A model generated the notes under the pieces. It ran no database searches. It was given only the letters and a program-made list of their open reading frames with translations, and had not been told where the DNA came from. The position numbers were made by a program, and so were the translations under genes. From an uncultured Candidatus Saccharibacteria bacterium (lineage in GTDB: Bacteria > Patescibacteriota > Minisyncoccia > Portnoybacterales > UBA2143): DNA of 46,075 nucleotides. The DNA is taken from NCBI GenBank assembly GCA_964594155.1, contig CAZQLH010000005.1:1-46075 (forward strand). The letters are read 5' to 3'. Shown in pieces: positions 9,968 to 20,391 of this stretch. Each line of letters opens with the position of its first letter. The first letter of the stretch is position 1.

Positions 9968-11232
9968 AAAAATTAATAACAAATATTATTTATAAACTAC
10001 AGAGATATTTTAAGATTGATTTTTTCTATTTAATTAAAGGTGAGGCATGGTTGATTTTAGGCAAAGCAATTAATACTATAGTTGTTTTTACTACAGCTTG
10101 GGCTTGGGCTAATTGGATAGATAAAGGTATTTATGGAAATTATCAATACATTCTTTCCTTAGTAGGTATTGTTTCTATATTTTCTCTTCCAGAAATGGAA
10201 GCAGCTGTAATTCAGGCAGTAGCTCGTAATTTTGAAGGTTCTTTTATCAAAGGTTTTAAAACTAAATTAAAATGGGGTTTATTGGGAAGCTTGCTAACTT
10301 TAATTATAGCGGGATATTATTTTTTTCAAGGCAATTTAAATCTTTCTTTAGCTCTTTTGGTAGTTGCTCTATTCTTATTCTTATTTAACGCCTCTTTGGC
10401 TTATACCGGGTTTTTAACTGGGAAAAGATTATTCAGTGTTCAAGTTAAGTATGATTCTATTACCCAGATAACAGCTGGAGCAATAATGCTTTTGACTTTG
10501 TTTTTGATTAAGAAGATATTTTTCAACTGGCCTGGTCATATTATCCTTTTTTTGATCATTAGCGTTTATTTTATTTCTAGAACTTCCTTGCGCTTTTTCT
10601 TCTTTATGAAAACCAAGACAAGATTTTTGCCTAATACTAAAGAAGATCCTGAAACTGTTTCTTATGGTAAAAAATTAAGTTTTTCCGGAATAATTGATGT
10701 TTTGTCCAGCAGCTTGGATAAAATACTTCTTTTTCATTACTTAGGAGCTGTTGAGTTAGCTGTTTATGCTTTTGCTGTATTAGTTCCACAGCAAATTAAT
10801 GTTTTTCTAAAGCATATTGGCGCTTTAGCTTTGCCGAAATTTTCTATTCGCTCTAAAGATGAGATTAGAGAAACTCTTCTTAGAAAGATATTTTACTTAG
10901 CTACTTTAATCAGTTTTTTAGTTATAGTATATATATTAACAGCTTCTTTTATTTACCAGATTTTCTTTCCTAAATATTTAGATTCAGTTGCTTATTCTAG
11001 AATATTTGCTTTGTCAATAATTCCTTTATCTTTTTCAATGGGAGCGATTTTCAGGGCTAAGATGATGATCAAGCAGATTTATCAGATAAAGATTATTGTT
11101 CCTTTGGTTAGGGCTAGTTTATTTCTGATTCTTATTCCTTTATATGGAATCTGGGGAGCTGTTATCGGAGTTTTAATTACTAGAACATTTTCTGCTTTTT
11201 TAGCAGTTTTTCTATTTAAGAAATATTTTTAA
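9964..11232 (+). CDS. Wzx-type oligosaccharide flippase
   Basis: About 12 TM segments; YGNYQY, DKILL..LG..ELAVY, LIPLYGIWGA. Confidence 0.85.
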   Translation: MKKLITNIIYKLQRYFKIDFFYLIKGEAWLILGKAINTIVVFTTAWAWANWIDKGIYGNYQYILSLVGIVSIFSLPEMEAAVIQAVARNFEGSFIKGFKTKLKWGLLGSLLTLIIAGYYFFQGNLNLSLALLVVALFLFLFNASLAYTGFLTGKRLFSVQVKYDSITQITAGAIMLLTLFLIKKIFFNWPGHIILFLIISVYFISRTSLRFFFFMKTKTRFLPNTKEDPETVSYGKKLSFSGIIDVLSSSLDKILLFHYLGAVELAVYAFAVLVPQQINVFLKHIGALALPKFSIRSKDEIRETLLRKIFYLATLISFLVIVYILTASFIYQIFFPKYLDSVAYSRIFALSIIPLSFSMGAIFRAKMMIKQIYQIKIIVPLVRASLFLILIPLYGIWGAVIGVLITRTFSAFLAVFLFKKYF

Positions 11233-11234
11233 TA

Positions 11235-12359
11235 ATGAATAAAGAAAATAAAAAAGAATATTGTTTATCTGAAATGCAAATGATTTTCAATAAAATGTTG
11301 ACTAACTTTTTAGAAATGGGGTTAGATAAGTATTACTTTAAATCCATTGAAAATGGATTGAATAGTTATTTATCTATTAGAAATATTTGTTTTGGAAAAT
11401 ATACAATTAATTACTGTAAGGATAATTTAAGTGAATTAATTATCGAATTATATAAAGATTTAAATAAATTAAAAAAAGAAATTTCAATAGAAAGAGAAAA
11501 AATACTAGTAAAAGTTGATAGTAGATTTGTTTATTCAAAATTCAAAAAATTAGGTTGGCAGTATAATGTAATTAATTTTCTTCAAATGGAGGTAAATAAG
11601 AAGTTAAAGAATTTTGTTAAAACTTTCTTAATTCATGGAAGTTTTGCCACGAAAGATTTTTTGCCTAAATGGAGTGACTTAGATACAAAAATAATTCTAA
11701 ATAATACTGTTTTTGAAAATTCTTCTAATTTAGAATATGTTCAAAAATGGATGAGAAAATTGTCTTTGTTATGTGATAAGATTGATCCTTTGTCTCATCA
11801 TCGCTTTTCTTTTTTGACTGAATTTGATTTAAAATATTATTCTAATTTTCTTTTTCCTAAAATACTCTATAATTACTCTCTTTTATTAAATGGACAATCA
11901 AAATTAGAAATATATTTAAGAGATGATCAATTTGAGAGGATTAATTTAATAAAGAAATTTATTGATAAATTTGAGAGTAAGGTTAAAAATGGTGATTACA
12001 GTAAAAACCTAAAAGAATGGAAGGATGATCTTTCTTGTATAATGCTTTGGCCAACTTTGATATTGCAGGGAAAAGGCATAGAAATTTATAAAAGAGATTC
12101 TTTTAATAGAGCTAGAAAAGAATTTCCTGAAATTGATTTTAGAGTAGTTGATAAAGCCACGGAAAAAATGAAAAAATGGGAAAGAATAAATCTTTTAAAG
12201 TATTATCCAAATTTTCTTTTTACTCTTATGCCATTTCGATTTAATCAGATTGTTATACATCGCCACAGGAAATATTTTAACAAGCATGTTAAAGACAGCG
12301 AGATTAAAAATATTAACACCAAAGCATTAAAATTATTTAAAGAAACATTTAATGAGTAA
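11235..12359 (+). CDS. Pol-beta-superfamily nucleotidyltransferase-domain protein
   Basis: IHGSFAT..WSDLD (GS..DxD). Confidence 0.6.
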   Translation: MNKENKKEYCLSEMQMIFNKMLTNFLEMGLDKYYFKSIENGLNSYLSIRNICFGKYTINYCKDNLSELIIELYKDLNKLKKEISIEREKILVKVDSRFVYSKFKKLGWQYNVINFLQMEVNKKLKNFVKTFLIHGSFATKDFLPKWSDLDTKIILNNTVFENSSNLEYVQKWMRKLSLLCDKIDPLSHHRFSFLTEFDLKYYSNFLFPKILYNYSLLLNGQSKLEIYLRDDQFERINLIKKFIDKFESKVKNGDYSKNLKEWKDDLSCIMLWPTLILQGKGIEIYKRDSFNRARKEFPEIDFRVVDKATEKMKKWERINLLKYYPNFLFTLMPFRFNQIVIHRHRKYFNKHVKDSEIKNINTKALKLFKETFNE

Positions 12360-13506
12360 ATATATTTTTTTAAACTTACCTGAAGAAATGCAAGTTTCTG
12401 ATTATCAAGAAGTTTGTGATTTAGTAGTTGATGATTTAAAGGATAATCCTAATATTAAATCCGTTTATTTGGCTGGTAGTCAATGGTTGCCAGGTATTTC
12501 TGATTTGGATATTATTGTAGTATTTAATGATCAAATAAAAGACGGTTTTGATTTTCAGTCACCGTGGAATTTATCAAAAAAAGCTAAATATATTTTTTCA
12601 CATAAATATGCTATCTATAATGAAAAGAGTTTTTTCAATATTAATTATTTGGTTCCAACTGAGCAGAATTTAAGATTGCTTTTTGGAAAAGATATATCAT
12701 TTAGGGATCCCGAAAAAGAACTTTCGGAAAGAGATTATAAATTACTTAACGCTATTTTAGTTTTCGATTTATTGATTAATAAATTATTGTTTAATTTTAA
12801 ATATTTAAATTACACAAAAATAGATGTCCGTAATTTATTAAATACGATTTATTCCTTGGTTTATAGTTTGTTAATGATAGAGATGGCTGGTGGTAAAAAA
12901 ATAGAAAGCGATTTTGTATTAAGAATTGATCAATTAAGAATGAACTGGTTTGAAAACAATTCAACAGATAATCTTGAAGAGTTAATTTCTTTATATCATC
13001 AAAGCAATGATTTAATTTTAGAAATAGTTGTTGAATTAAATAATATTGTAAAAAAACAGTTTCAATTAATTGATAACGATATTCTTTTTAAGAATAGAAA
13101 GTATAATATCTCTTTTAAAGAAAATTGGGATAACGAATTATTTTTAAAGGAGTTTAAAAAGGGATATATTTTTTTAAAGAAACCATTTTCTGATAAAGGT
13201 ATAGAGAGTTTTAAATTTGTTTTGCCTTATTATTTAAGTTATTTTTTAGTTACTTATGCTAATTATGAAGGTTTATTTAGTGAGTGGATAAAAAAAGGTT
13301 TGACTGGTTATCAATATCAAGATTATTTTTCTATTTCAAAAGGCGTAAAGAAACATATTATGGCAGTTAATGATTTTACTAAAGATAGCATTGATAATAA
13401 TGGAGTTTTTAAATTACCTTTTCCTTATGGGCTATTGATTAATAAGCGAACTTTAATTAGTATAATTGGTGAAAAGTATTTATCCTTTTTAAGGATTATT
13501 AAATAA
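12352..13506 (+). CDS. Pol-beta-superfamily nucleotidyltransferase-domain protein
   Basis: SVYLAGS..PGISDLDIIVV near the N-terminus. Confidence 0.65.
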   Translation: MSKYIFLNLPEEMQVSDYQEVCDLVVDDLKDNPNIKSVYLAGSQWLPGISDLDIIVVFNDQIKDGFDFQSPWNLSKKAKYIFSHKYAIYNEKSFFNINYLVPTEQNLRLLFGKDISFRDPEKELSERDYKLLNAILVFDLLINKLLFNFKYLNYTKIDVRNLLNTIYSLVYSLLMIEMAGGKKIESDFVLRIDQLRMNWFENNSTDNLEELISLYHQSNDLILEIVVELNNIVKKQFQLIDNDILFKNRKYNISFKENWDNELFLKEFKKGYIFLKKPFSDKGIESFKFVLPYYLSYFLVTYANYEGLFSEWIKKGLTGYQYQDYFSISKGVKKHIMAVNDFTKDSIDNNGVFKLPFPYGLLINKRTLISIIGEKYLSFLRIIK

Positions 13507-14123
13507 TGAAAAAATTTCAACAAACCAGAGAGGTGATTAAATATAGTTTGAAATATATTTCAGGCAAAACACTTGATTTGGGCGCTGGTTCAGCAAAATA
13601 TCGAGACATTATAAAACAAAGATCATCTGAATATATAGCTTTTGATATGGTTGATGGAGAAAATATTGATGTAGTTGGTAGTGTTTTTGATTTGCCATTT
13701 GATGATGATCAATTTGATACAATTATTTCTACTCAAGTATTAGAACATATAGAAAAGCCGTGGATAATGATAAGAGAAATTCATCGAACTTTAAAAAAAG
13801 ATGGTATTTGTATTTTAACTGCTCCTTTTTTACAGCCTTATCATCGCGATCCAGGAGATTTTTTTCGATACACTAAAGATGGTTTAGTTTCTTTATTTAA
13901 AGATCAAGGGTTTATTGTTATTGAATGTGATTACTATACAGAAGTTTTTTCTACAATAGCTGAATTTATCAAATTTATTTTCTTTAATCCTTATAAAGGA
14001 AAAGACAGAGGTCGGTTGCGGTGGAAAATATTAAGGACTATTCAAAAAGTAAGTAAATTTTTAGATAGATTTACCAAATCAAGTAGAATCTATGCTAATA
14101 GTTATATTATTGTTAGAAAATAA
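13506..14123 (+). CDS. Class I SAM-dependent methyltransferase (Methyltransf_11-like)
   Basis: LDLGAG, LPF..FD, QVLEH, PYH..PGDFFRYT. Confidence 0.88.
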   Translation: MKKFQQTREVIKYSLKYISGKTLDLGAGSAKYRDIIKQRSSEYIAFDMVDGENIDVVGSVFDLPFDDDQFDTIISTQVLEHIEKPWIMIREIHRTLKKDGICILTAPFLQPYHRDPGDFFRYTKDGLVSLFKDQGFIVIECDYYTEVFSTIAEFIKFIFFNPYKGKDRGRLRWKILRTIQKVSKFLDRFTKSSRIYANSYIIVRK

Positions 14124-14135
14124 TATTAAATATAT

Positions 14136-15293
14136 ATGAAAATCGGTTTAGATTACATATCTTCTTTTGGCGCCGGTGGTAATGCTACTTATACTAGAGA
14201 GCTTATTAAGTATTTAGCTAAAATTGATCAAAGAAACGATTATTATTTGTATACTTATATACATAAATTATTGCCTTTTTACAAAGAGGAAATTACTTGT
14301 CAAAAGAATTTTCATTATCAAGCTGGGTATATTTGTTGGCCTAGTAATTTTTTAAAAAAAAATATTAAAAGTTTTGATCAGCAATTACTATCAAAAAACA
14401 TAAAGAGAGATAAGATAGATATTTTTCATTTAACTAATCCATTACAATTTAACCGTAAAATTAAAAACTTTATTGTTACTATTCATGATCTTTGTTATTT
14501 AATGGAGCCTGATTTTGTTAAGCAGTCATCAATATATTTTTATCAGAAAAATCTTGAAGATATTTTAGAAAGATCTGATGCTATTATTGCTGTTTCGCAA
14601 AGTACTAAAGCAAATCTTTTAGATAATTTTAAATTATCAACTGATAAAGTTTTTGTTATTTATGAAGGGGTTTCAAAGATCTTTAAGCCTAATATAAATA
14701 AAAATTATCTGAGTGAAAAATTTGGTTTAACAAAAAAGTATATTTTATTTGTTGGTCAGCTTCAGCCTAGAAAGAATTTAATTCGTCTTTTTAAGGCTTA
14801 TGCTAGATTAGGCCATGAATTAAGAAATAAATATCAAATGGTTGTAGTGGGGCAACCAAGAAATGAGGCTATTCTAAAAAAGTTGAATAAATTAGTTGAT
14901 AAGTTAAAAATAAAGGACAAGGTTACTTTTTTGGGTTATGTAAAGACTAAGGAATTACCTTATCTTTATGGTTCTGCGGCGGTATTTGCTTACCCTTCTT
15001 TATATGAGGGATTTGGCTTACCTGTTTTGGAGTCTTTAGCTTGTGGTGTTCCTGTTATTACTTCTAATATATCTTCATTACCTGAAGTTTTAGGTCAAGG
15101 CGGTTTACTGGTTAATCCTTATAGTGTTGAAGAAATAAAATCTGCTCTTGAAAAAATTTTAACAGATAATAATTTAAGAAACGATTTAATTAAACAAGGG
15201 ATAAAACAGAGCCAAGATTTTAATTGGTTAAATACTGCTCAACAAACTTTTAGTTTATATGAAAAAATTTATCAAAAAAAATATCAAAGATAA
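14136..15293 (+). CDS. Glycosyltransferase family 4 (MtfB/mannosyltransferase-like)
   Basis: TIHDL, PRKN, YPSLYEGFGLPVLESLACGVPVITSN. Confidence 0.92.
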   Translation: MKIGLDYISSFGAGGNATYTRELIKYLAKIDQRNDYYLYTYIHKLLPFYKEEITCQKNFHYQAGYICWPSNFLKKNIKSFDQQLLSKNIKRDKIDIFHLTNPLQFNRKIKNFIVTIHDLCYLMEPDFVKQSSIYFYQKNLEDILERSDAIIAVSQSTKANLLDNFKLSTDKVFVIYEGVSKIFKPNINKNYLSEKFGLTKKYILFVGQLQPRKNLIRLFKAYARLGHELRNKYQMVVVGQPRNEAILKKLNKLVDKLKIKDKVTFLGYVKTKELPYLYGSAAVFAYPSLYEGFGLPVLESLACGVPVITSNISSLPEVLGQGGLLVNPYSVEEIKSALEKILTDNNLRNDLIKQGIKQSQDFNWLNTAQQTFSLYEKIYQKKYQR

Positions 15294-16980
15294 TCTTTTA
15301 TTTATATATATATTTTTATTAACTGTTTTTCTTTTATCAGTTATTATTTGGTATTCGCCTGTTTTATTTAAAGGTTATCCAGCTTATTCAATGAGCGCTA
15401 ATGCAGTTATGGCGCGCAATCTTTATCAAATTGATCTTTATTCAGCTGAAAGCAATCTTAATGTTTTTTTATCCTCAAATTTAATCAAAGAGCATGGTAA
15501 TATTTCAGCTAAAGGCAATAAATTAACATCTTTGATTTATAGTCAAATTTTTAGAGTTACTGGTTTACCTCAAGTTAGTAATTTTATTTTACTATCAATC
15601 TTTATCCATGCTTTAACTTTATTGATTTTTACTTATATAGTTTTTTATTTATTCAATCTTAAAAAAGCATTAGTATTTTCTTTTATTTATATATTTTTGC
15701 CTTTTAATTGGGCCTTGCCTTATGGTTTAGCTAGTTATGAATTTACTTTGTTATTTTTATCCTTATTTTTTTTATTTTATTTTTATGGAATTAAGCAAAA
15801 GAAATATAGTTATTTTTATTTAATTATTGCTGGTCTTTTTTTAGGGTTAGCTGGTTTAGCTAAAGAAGCAGTTTTATTGATTGTACCATTTCTTTTTGTT
15901 TATTTATGGCTAAGAAAGCAGAAACGTCATTTGATTTATATTTTTATTCCTTTTGGTATTTTATTGGCTATTTTTTGGTTGCCTAACTTTTCCTATAATA
16001 CAAATTTAAATCTTTTTACTACTCAAACCTCAAAAGAGCTTAAATCAGCTGACTATTCTTTTTACGGTCATATTTATCCAGATCCTTATACTTATCATTT
16101 TGAGCGAGAAGAATTTATTAATCAGCTTGAGAATAAAATAGATAATAATGAACTTGTTATTACCAAGCAATTAGGTGAAATTAAAATGTTAAAGAATGTG
16201 GGTATTCGGGAAATAAGCTTTATTGAAAGAATATCAGCTGGAATAATGCTTGGAACACGGCATATTTTCAGGTTTTTCTCTTTAGAAGACATTGGCGGTC
16301 CCTTTATTTTTCTTTTAATTTTATTAGGCGTTTATAGCTTAAAACAAAAAAACAAGCCCTTATATCAATTGCTTGTTTATTGGATTGCTTCAGCTGTGTT
16401 TTTACTTACTTTTGTTGTTCTAGCTGCTCGCAATCATTTAATGGATTTTAATTGGGCGATTTCTTTGTTTATTACTTTAGGTTTCTTTTCTTTAGTTAAA
16501 ATGATAGTTAACCATTTTGAATTAAAAAACAAAAATATTATTTTTGTTTATTTAATAATTTTGTTTGCTGTTTTATACAATCTCGTTTTAGTTAATCATA
16601 TTGTTTGGAGTCATGTTTATGATAATAGCAGTAATTTAAAAATAAGCGCTTATAGTGAAGAGATAAAAAAGAAAGGTATTTTTGATCAAGATGTTATAGC
16701 AGTTAATTTAAATTCAGGTAGCGCTTTAAATTTGAATTATTTAACTAATAAATCAATTGTTGTTTTTGTCCCAGCATCAATTAAAAAATTATTAGAAAAA
16801 AATGAATTAAGTTCTGTTTTTGATAAATTTGGCGTAAAATATGTTTTAGGTTATTCTAACGAATTAACCGAAGAGATCACTAATCAAGCAAAAGTAATTA
16901 ATATTGCTAATAATTCTTTAGAGCCAGTTGTTCCAGAAATGTCACGCAACAAAGGCTGGTTAATGAATTTAATTAAATAA
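15259..16980 (+). CDS. ArnT/PMT-like GT-C membrane glycosyltransferase
   Basis: Many TM segments, GLFLGLAGLAKE motif, soluble C-terminal domain. Confidence 0.65.
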   Translation: MKKFIKKNIKDNLLFIYIFLLTVFLLSVIIWYSPVLFKGYPAYSMSANAVMARNLYQIDLYSAESNLNVFLSSNLIKEHGNISAKGNKLTSLIYSQIFRVTGLPQVSNFILLSIFIHALTLLIFTYIVFYLFNLKKALVFSFIYIFLPFNWALPYGLASYEFTLLFLSLFFLFYFYGIKQKKYSYFYLIIAGLFLGLAGLAKEAVLLIVPFLFVYLWLRKQKRHLIYIFIPFGILLAIFWLPNFSYNTNLNLFTTQTSKELKSADYSFYGHIYPDPYTYHFEREEFINQLENKIDNNELVITKQLGEIKMLKNVGIREISFIERISAGIMLGTRHIFRFFSLEDIGGPFIFLLILLGVYSLKQKNKPLYQLLVYWIASAVFLLTFVVLAARNHLMDFNWAISLFITLGFFSLVKMIVNHFELKNKNIIFVYLIILFAVLYNLVLVNHIVWSHVYDNSSNLKISAYSEEIKKKGIFDQDVIAVNLNSGSALNLNYLTNKSIVVFVPASIKKLLEKNELSSVFDKFGVKYVLGYSNELTEEITNQAKVINIANNSLEPVVPEMSRNKGWLMNLIK

Positions 16981-16984
16981 ATTA

Positions 16985-17926
16985 TTAAGAAATATGAATT
17001 GGTTTGATAAACCAGCAGATTAAGCCGATCAAAGCGCTTAAAAGAGTCATTGAAAGCATTAATAAGGAAAAACTAACACTTAATTCTTTACTAATACTAA
17101 AAAAAGAAAATAAGAAGATTAGAGTTGCTTCGCGCGTACCAAGTCCTAAAAATGAAATAGGCAAAAGAATGACAAAAGCAGTAATAGTTACAGAGATAGA
17201 TAAGTATAGCGGGGAAATATTGGTAATACCAATACTTTTAGCTAAAAAAAACATTTGGGAATAGTAGATTAACCAAGATAAAAGAGTAATCAGAAAAACA
17301 GAAAAATATTCTTTAAATTTATAATATTTAAGATTTTTGATAAAGTCCTGGAAATTCAATTGCCAGGACTTTTGATATTTTAAAGGAATTAATGAATTAA
17401 ATATTTTTTTGAGAAAAATTTGAATCAAATTGTTTTTAAAAAAAACAAACATTAATACAGGAATAAGAATAAAAATTATAGTTAGGATAATAACAAGATT
17501 TTGGAAAAAAGAAAAAAATAGAAACATTCCTAAGTAGCCAAAAACAATTAAAAAAAGCAAATCAGATAATCTGTCTAAAATAACACTGACAGATGATTTG
17601 CCTAAAGAGTAATTATCATTTTTTAAATAAAGTATTTTACTTAAATCACCTAATCTGCCAGGAGTAAGAATGCCAAGAAACAAACCAGTATTATACATTA
17701 AAAAAGAATCTTTAAAAGAATAATTTATTATTTGTTTTTTCTTTAAATAGTTCCAACGATAGCTTTTAGTAATAATTAAAAGGATAAGCATTAAACAGGC
17801 TAAGCCAAAATAAAAATAATTTATTTTATTTAAAATATTAATCAATTTTAAAAGATCAAGCTTAAAAAGAATTAAAACAAAAATTATTAATCCAATTACA
17901 AAACTATATTTTTTAATAAAAGTCAT
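16985..17926 (-). CDS. Lysylphosphatidylglycerol-synthase TM domain / UPF0104 flippase-like protein
   Basis: YRW, TPGRLGD..K, SVILDRLSD, LPISFLGLGTRE. Confidence 0.88.
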   Translation of the reverse strand: MTFIKKYSFVIGLIIFVLILFKLDLLKLINILNKINYFYFGLACLMLILLIITKSYRWNYLKKKQIINYSFKDSFLMYNTGLFLGILTPGRLGDLSKILYLKNDNYSLGKSSVSVILDRLSDLLFLIVFGYLGMFLFFSFFQNLVIILTIIFILIPVLMFVFFKNNLIQIFLKKIFNSLIPLKYQKSWQLNFQDFIKNLKYYKFKEYFSVFLITLLSWLIYYSQMFFLAKSIGITNISPLYLSISVTITAFVILLPISFLGLGTREATLIFLFSFFSISKELSVSFSLLMLSMTLLSALIGLICWFIKPIHIS

Positions 17927-19317
17927 TTTTTAAAAAAGAAGGTTTTTAATAAAGCTAAAAATCCAGCCAGCGAAGTTTTAATTTCGCCTTTATTAAGCAT
18001 GGTTAGCCTTTTAAGAATATATAAAGGCCGGAAATAAAAAGATTGATAAGCTTTTTTCATAAGCTGTTCAAGTTCAGCATTAGAAAGGTTAGTTGCGTTC
18101 ATAATCAATTCCATATAGGCAACTGCATTGAGATCTGGATTAGTCAGCCAATTGTTTTCAATAGCCATATCTCTTAGCTCTGTTCCAGGAAAAGGAGTAG
18201 CAAAGCTGAAATGAACATAGTCTGGATTAATTTCTTTGGCTAAGTTAATTGTTTTTTCAATAGTTTCTTTGGTTTCTTCAGGGCTGCCAATCATAAAATT
18301 AACACTTGTTTTAATTTTAGCTGCTTTAGCTTGCTTAACTCCGTTTTTTATCTGTTCAATGGTAATGCCTTTTTTTAATATTTTTAAGATATGCTCATCG
18401 CCTGATTCAGCTCCAAAGGAAATAATTTGGCAGCCGGCTTTTTTCATCTTTTTATAAAGCTGATAGCTGCCGCAATCAACTCTAGCATTGCAAGACCAGA
18501 TTATATCATAATTTCTTTCAATAAGCAGATCGCAGAGCTGATTGATATTTTCTTGATTGAGAGTAAATTCACTGTCTTTGAATCCAATTTCTTTAACTTT
18601 GAATTTATCAACTAAATAATCAATTTCTTGGATAGTTTTTTTTGGATCTTGGACTCGATAGCTACGGCCAAACATATTTTGAACTCCGCAGAAAATACAT
18701 TGAAAAGGGCAGCCTCGGCTTCTAATCATGCTAATAAAAGGCGTTTTAGACATATAGGGACTGCGGTAATCCTCAGTTTTAAGTAAATCATAAGCTGGAA
18801 TAGGCAACTGGTTAATATCTTTAATTAATTCTCTTCTCGGATTAACAATGATTTGATTATTTTCTTTGAATCCTAGTCCTTTAATATTTTTAAATTCTTC
18901 TGGCTGACTAAGTTTTTTTAAGAGTTGGTCAAAAGTAACTTCTCCTTCACCTATCACAATAAAGTCTATTGCTTTGTTTAGTAATACTTTTTCAGGCGAA
19001 ACAGTGGCGTGAATACCGCCTATTACTGTAATGATATCAGACCTGTTTTTCTTAACAGCTTCAGCTATTTTTAAGGCCCGGCTGATATTGGTAGTCATGG
19101 CAGACAAGCCAAGGATTTGAGGGTTGTATTGAAGAATATTATTTGCTGTTTTTTCAATAGAGCGATCTTTATCTAAATTAGCGTCATAGATTTGAATTTC
19201 TATATCTTTTTTTTGTCTAACATAACCAGCAATAGCAACAAGCCCCATAGGGGCGTATTTAACCATTGAAGAAATTCCTTCTTCTGAAAATGGAGGCTGA
19301 ACAAGCAATATTTTCAT
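17923..19317 (-). CDS. B12-binding-domain radical SAM protein
   Basis: PMGL..IA, GGIHAT, GEGE, SRGCPFQCIFC, TPFPGT. Confidence 0.9.
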   Translation of the reverse strand: MKILLVQPPFSEEGISSMVKYAPMGLVAIAGYVRQKKDIEIQIYDANLDKDRSIEKTANNILQYNPQILGLSAMTTNISRALKIAEAVKKNRSDIITVIGGIHATVSPEKVLLNKAIDFIVIGEGEVTFDQLLKKLSQPEEFKNIKGLGFKENNQIIVNPRRELIKDINQLPIPAYDLLKTEDYRSPYMSKTPFISMIRSRGCPFQCIFCGVQNMFGRSYRVQDPKKTIQEIDYLVDKFKVKEIGFKDSEFTLNQENINQLCDLLIERNYDIIWSCNARVDCGSYQLYKKMKKAGCQIISFGAESGDEHILKILKKGITIEQIKNGVKQAKAAKIKTSVNFMIGSPEETKETIEKTINLAKEINPDYVHFSFATPFPGTELRDMAIENNWLTNPDLNAVAYMELIMNATNLSNAELEQLMKKAYQSFYFRPLYILKRLTMLNKGEIKTSLAGFLALLKTFFFKK

Positions 19318-19321
19318 TTAT

Positions 19322-20383
19322 TTAAAACTTAAAGAAATCTTTAACTAAATCTCCGCTATAAACAGCATTGGGAATAGTTTCGCATCCTACCCAGCAGCCT
19401 GGGCATTTTTTAGCTAAGTCCCGGTATTTTTTAATTTCTTGGCCAAACCATAGTTTTCTAATGGTTTCTCTTTTTAGATTACCAGCTATTTGCGAGTTAA
19501 ATAGACAGATTGGCACATCACCATTAGGCAGTATTCTTAAGTGATTCTTTAAAGCAACACAAGGAGGATTGGGTTTGTCTTTGTTTAAAACTAGTCGATT
19601 GTATAATCCTTTAAGATAATATTTTTTAACTAATTTTTCTTTAAAATCAGTTAAGGAATCAGCTTCTTTTTGAAGTAAGGCAATAAGTTTGGACATTTCT
19701 TGTTTAGAAAATTCAAAATAGCAGCTACATTCATTTGCTTTTTTAGGAAAAAGATTCAAGTTTTCTTGATTGGTATAGAGCGCGGTTTGACCATGGGCCA
19801 CTACTGGGTGAACTTTAATTTTAAGAGGGGCTAAGGCCTGGCTTAATTTTTGATAATCTTTTAATCCTTGATTATCAATTATTGTTTGATTAACTCCTAA
19901 ATAGAATTTCCGGCTATTTTTTAATTTAGATAATTGTTTTAAAGTGTTAGTTGCTTTTTTATAAGCTCCTGGTATACCGCGAATTTGATCATGTTTTTTT
20001 CCAAAAGCATCAATAGAAATTTTAATATGAATATTATCAGTTTTCTGACATTGTTTGATAAAAGAAACAATTCTATCAGTTAATAGTCCATTAGAAGTGA
20101 TATGAATTAACTTTGGCTTATTATACTTTTGAACAATGTTAACTATTTCTGGTAAATCTTTTCTTAAAAATGGTTCACCTCCGCTAATTCTAAGAGCATC
20201 TAATCTTTTTAATTGCTGGAAGATGCTTTTAATTTTAGATAAGGTTAATTCATTATTTTTGTGTTTTTTCCAAACATCGCACATTTGACACTTAGCATTA
20301 CATTGCCAAGTGACTAAATAAGTACAAAAACTCGGCAAAGAACTCAAACCGAGTTGATTTTTAATAATTTCTGTAAGAATCAT
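19322..20383 (-). CDS. Radical SAM protein with SPASM/twitch domain
   Basis: CNAKCQMC, SGGEPF, PC..PNGDVPIC..GNL..CPGCWVGC. Confidence 0.9.
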   Translation of the reverse strand: MILTEIIKNQLGLSSLPSFCTYLVTWQCNAKCQMCDVWKKHKNNELTLSKIKSIFQQLKRLDALRISGGEPFLRKDLPEIVNIVQKYNKPKLIHITSNGLLTDRIVSFIKQCQKTDNIHIKISIDAFGKKHDQIRGIPGAYKKATNTLKQLSKLKNSRKFYLGVNQTIIDNQGLKDYQKLSQALAPLKIKVHPVVAHGQTALYTNQENLNLFPKKANECSCYFEFSKQEMSKLIALLQKEADSLTDFKEKLVKKYYLKGLYNRLVLNKDKPNPPCVALKNHLRILPNGDVPICLFNSQIAGNLKRETIRKLWFGQEIKKYRDLAKKCPGCWVGCETIPNAVYSGDLVKDFFKF

Positions 20384-20391
20384 AATTGAAA

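Noticed and set aside
1411-14365. A8-A9/T8 tracts in glycan genes as phase-variation sites
   Set aside because: Such runs are frequent throughout this AT-rich sequence and the frames are intact
16960-16990. Bidirectional terminator between the convergent glycan operons
   Set aside because: Stops are 4 nt apart and only an all-AT palindrome is present, with no stable stem
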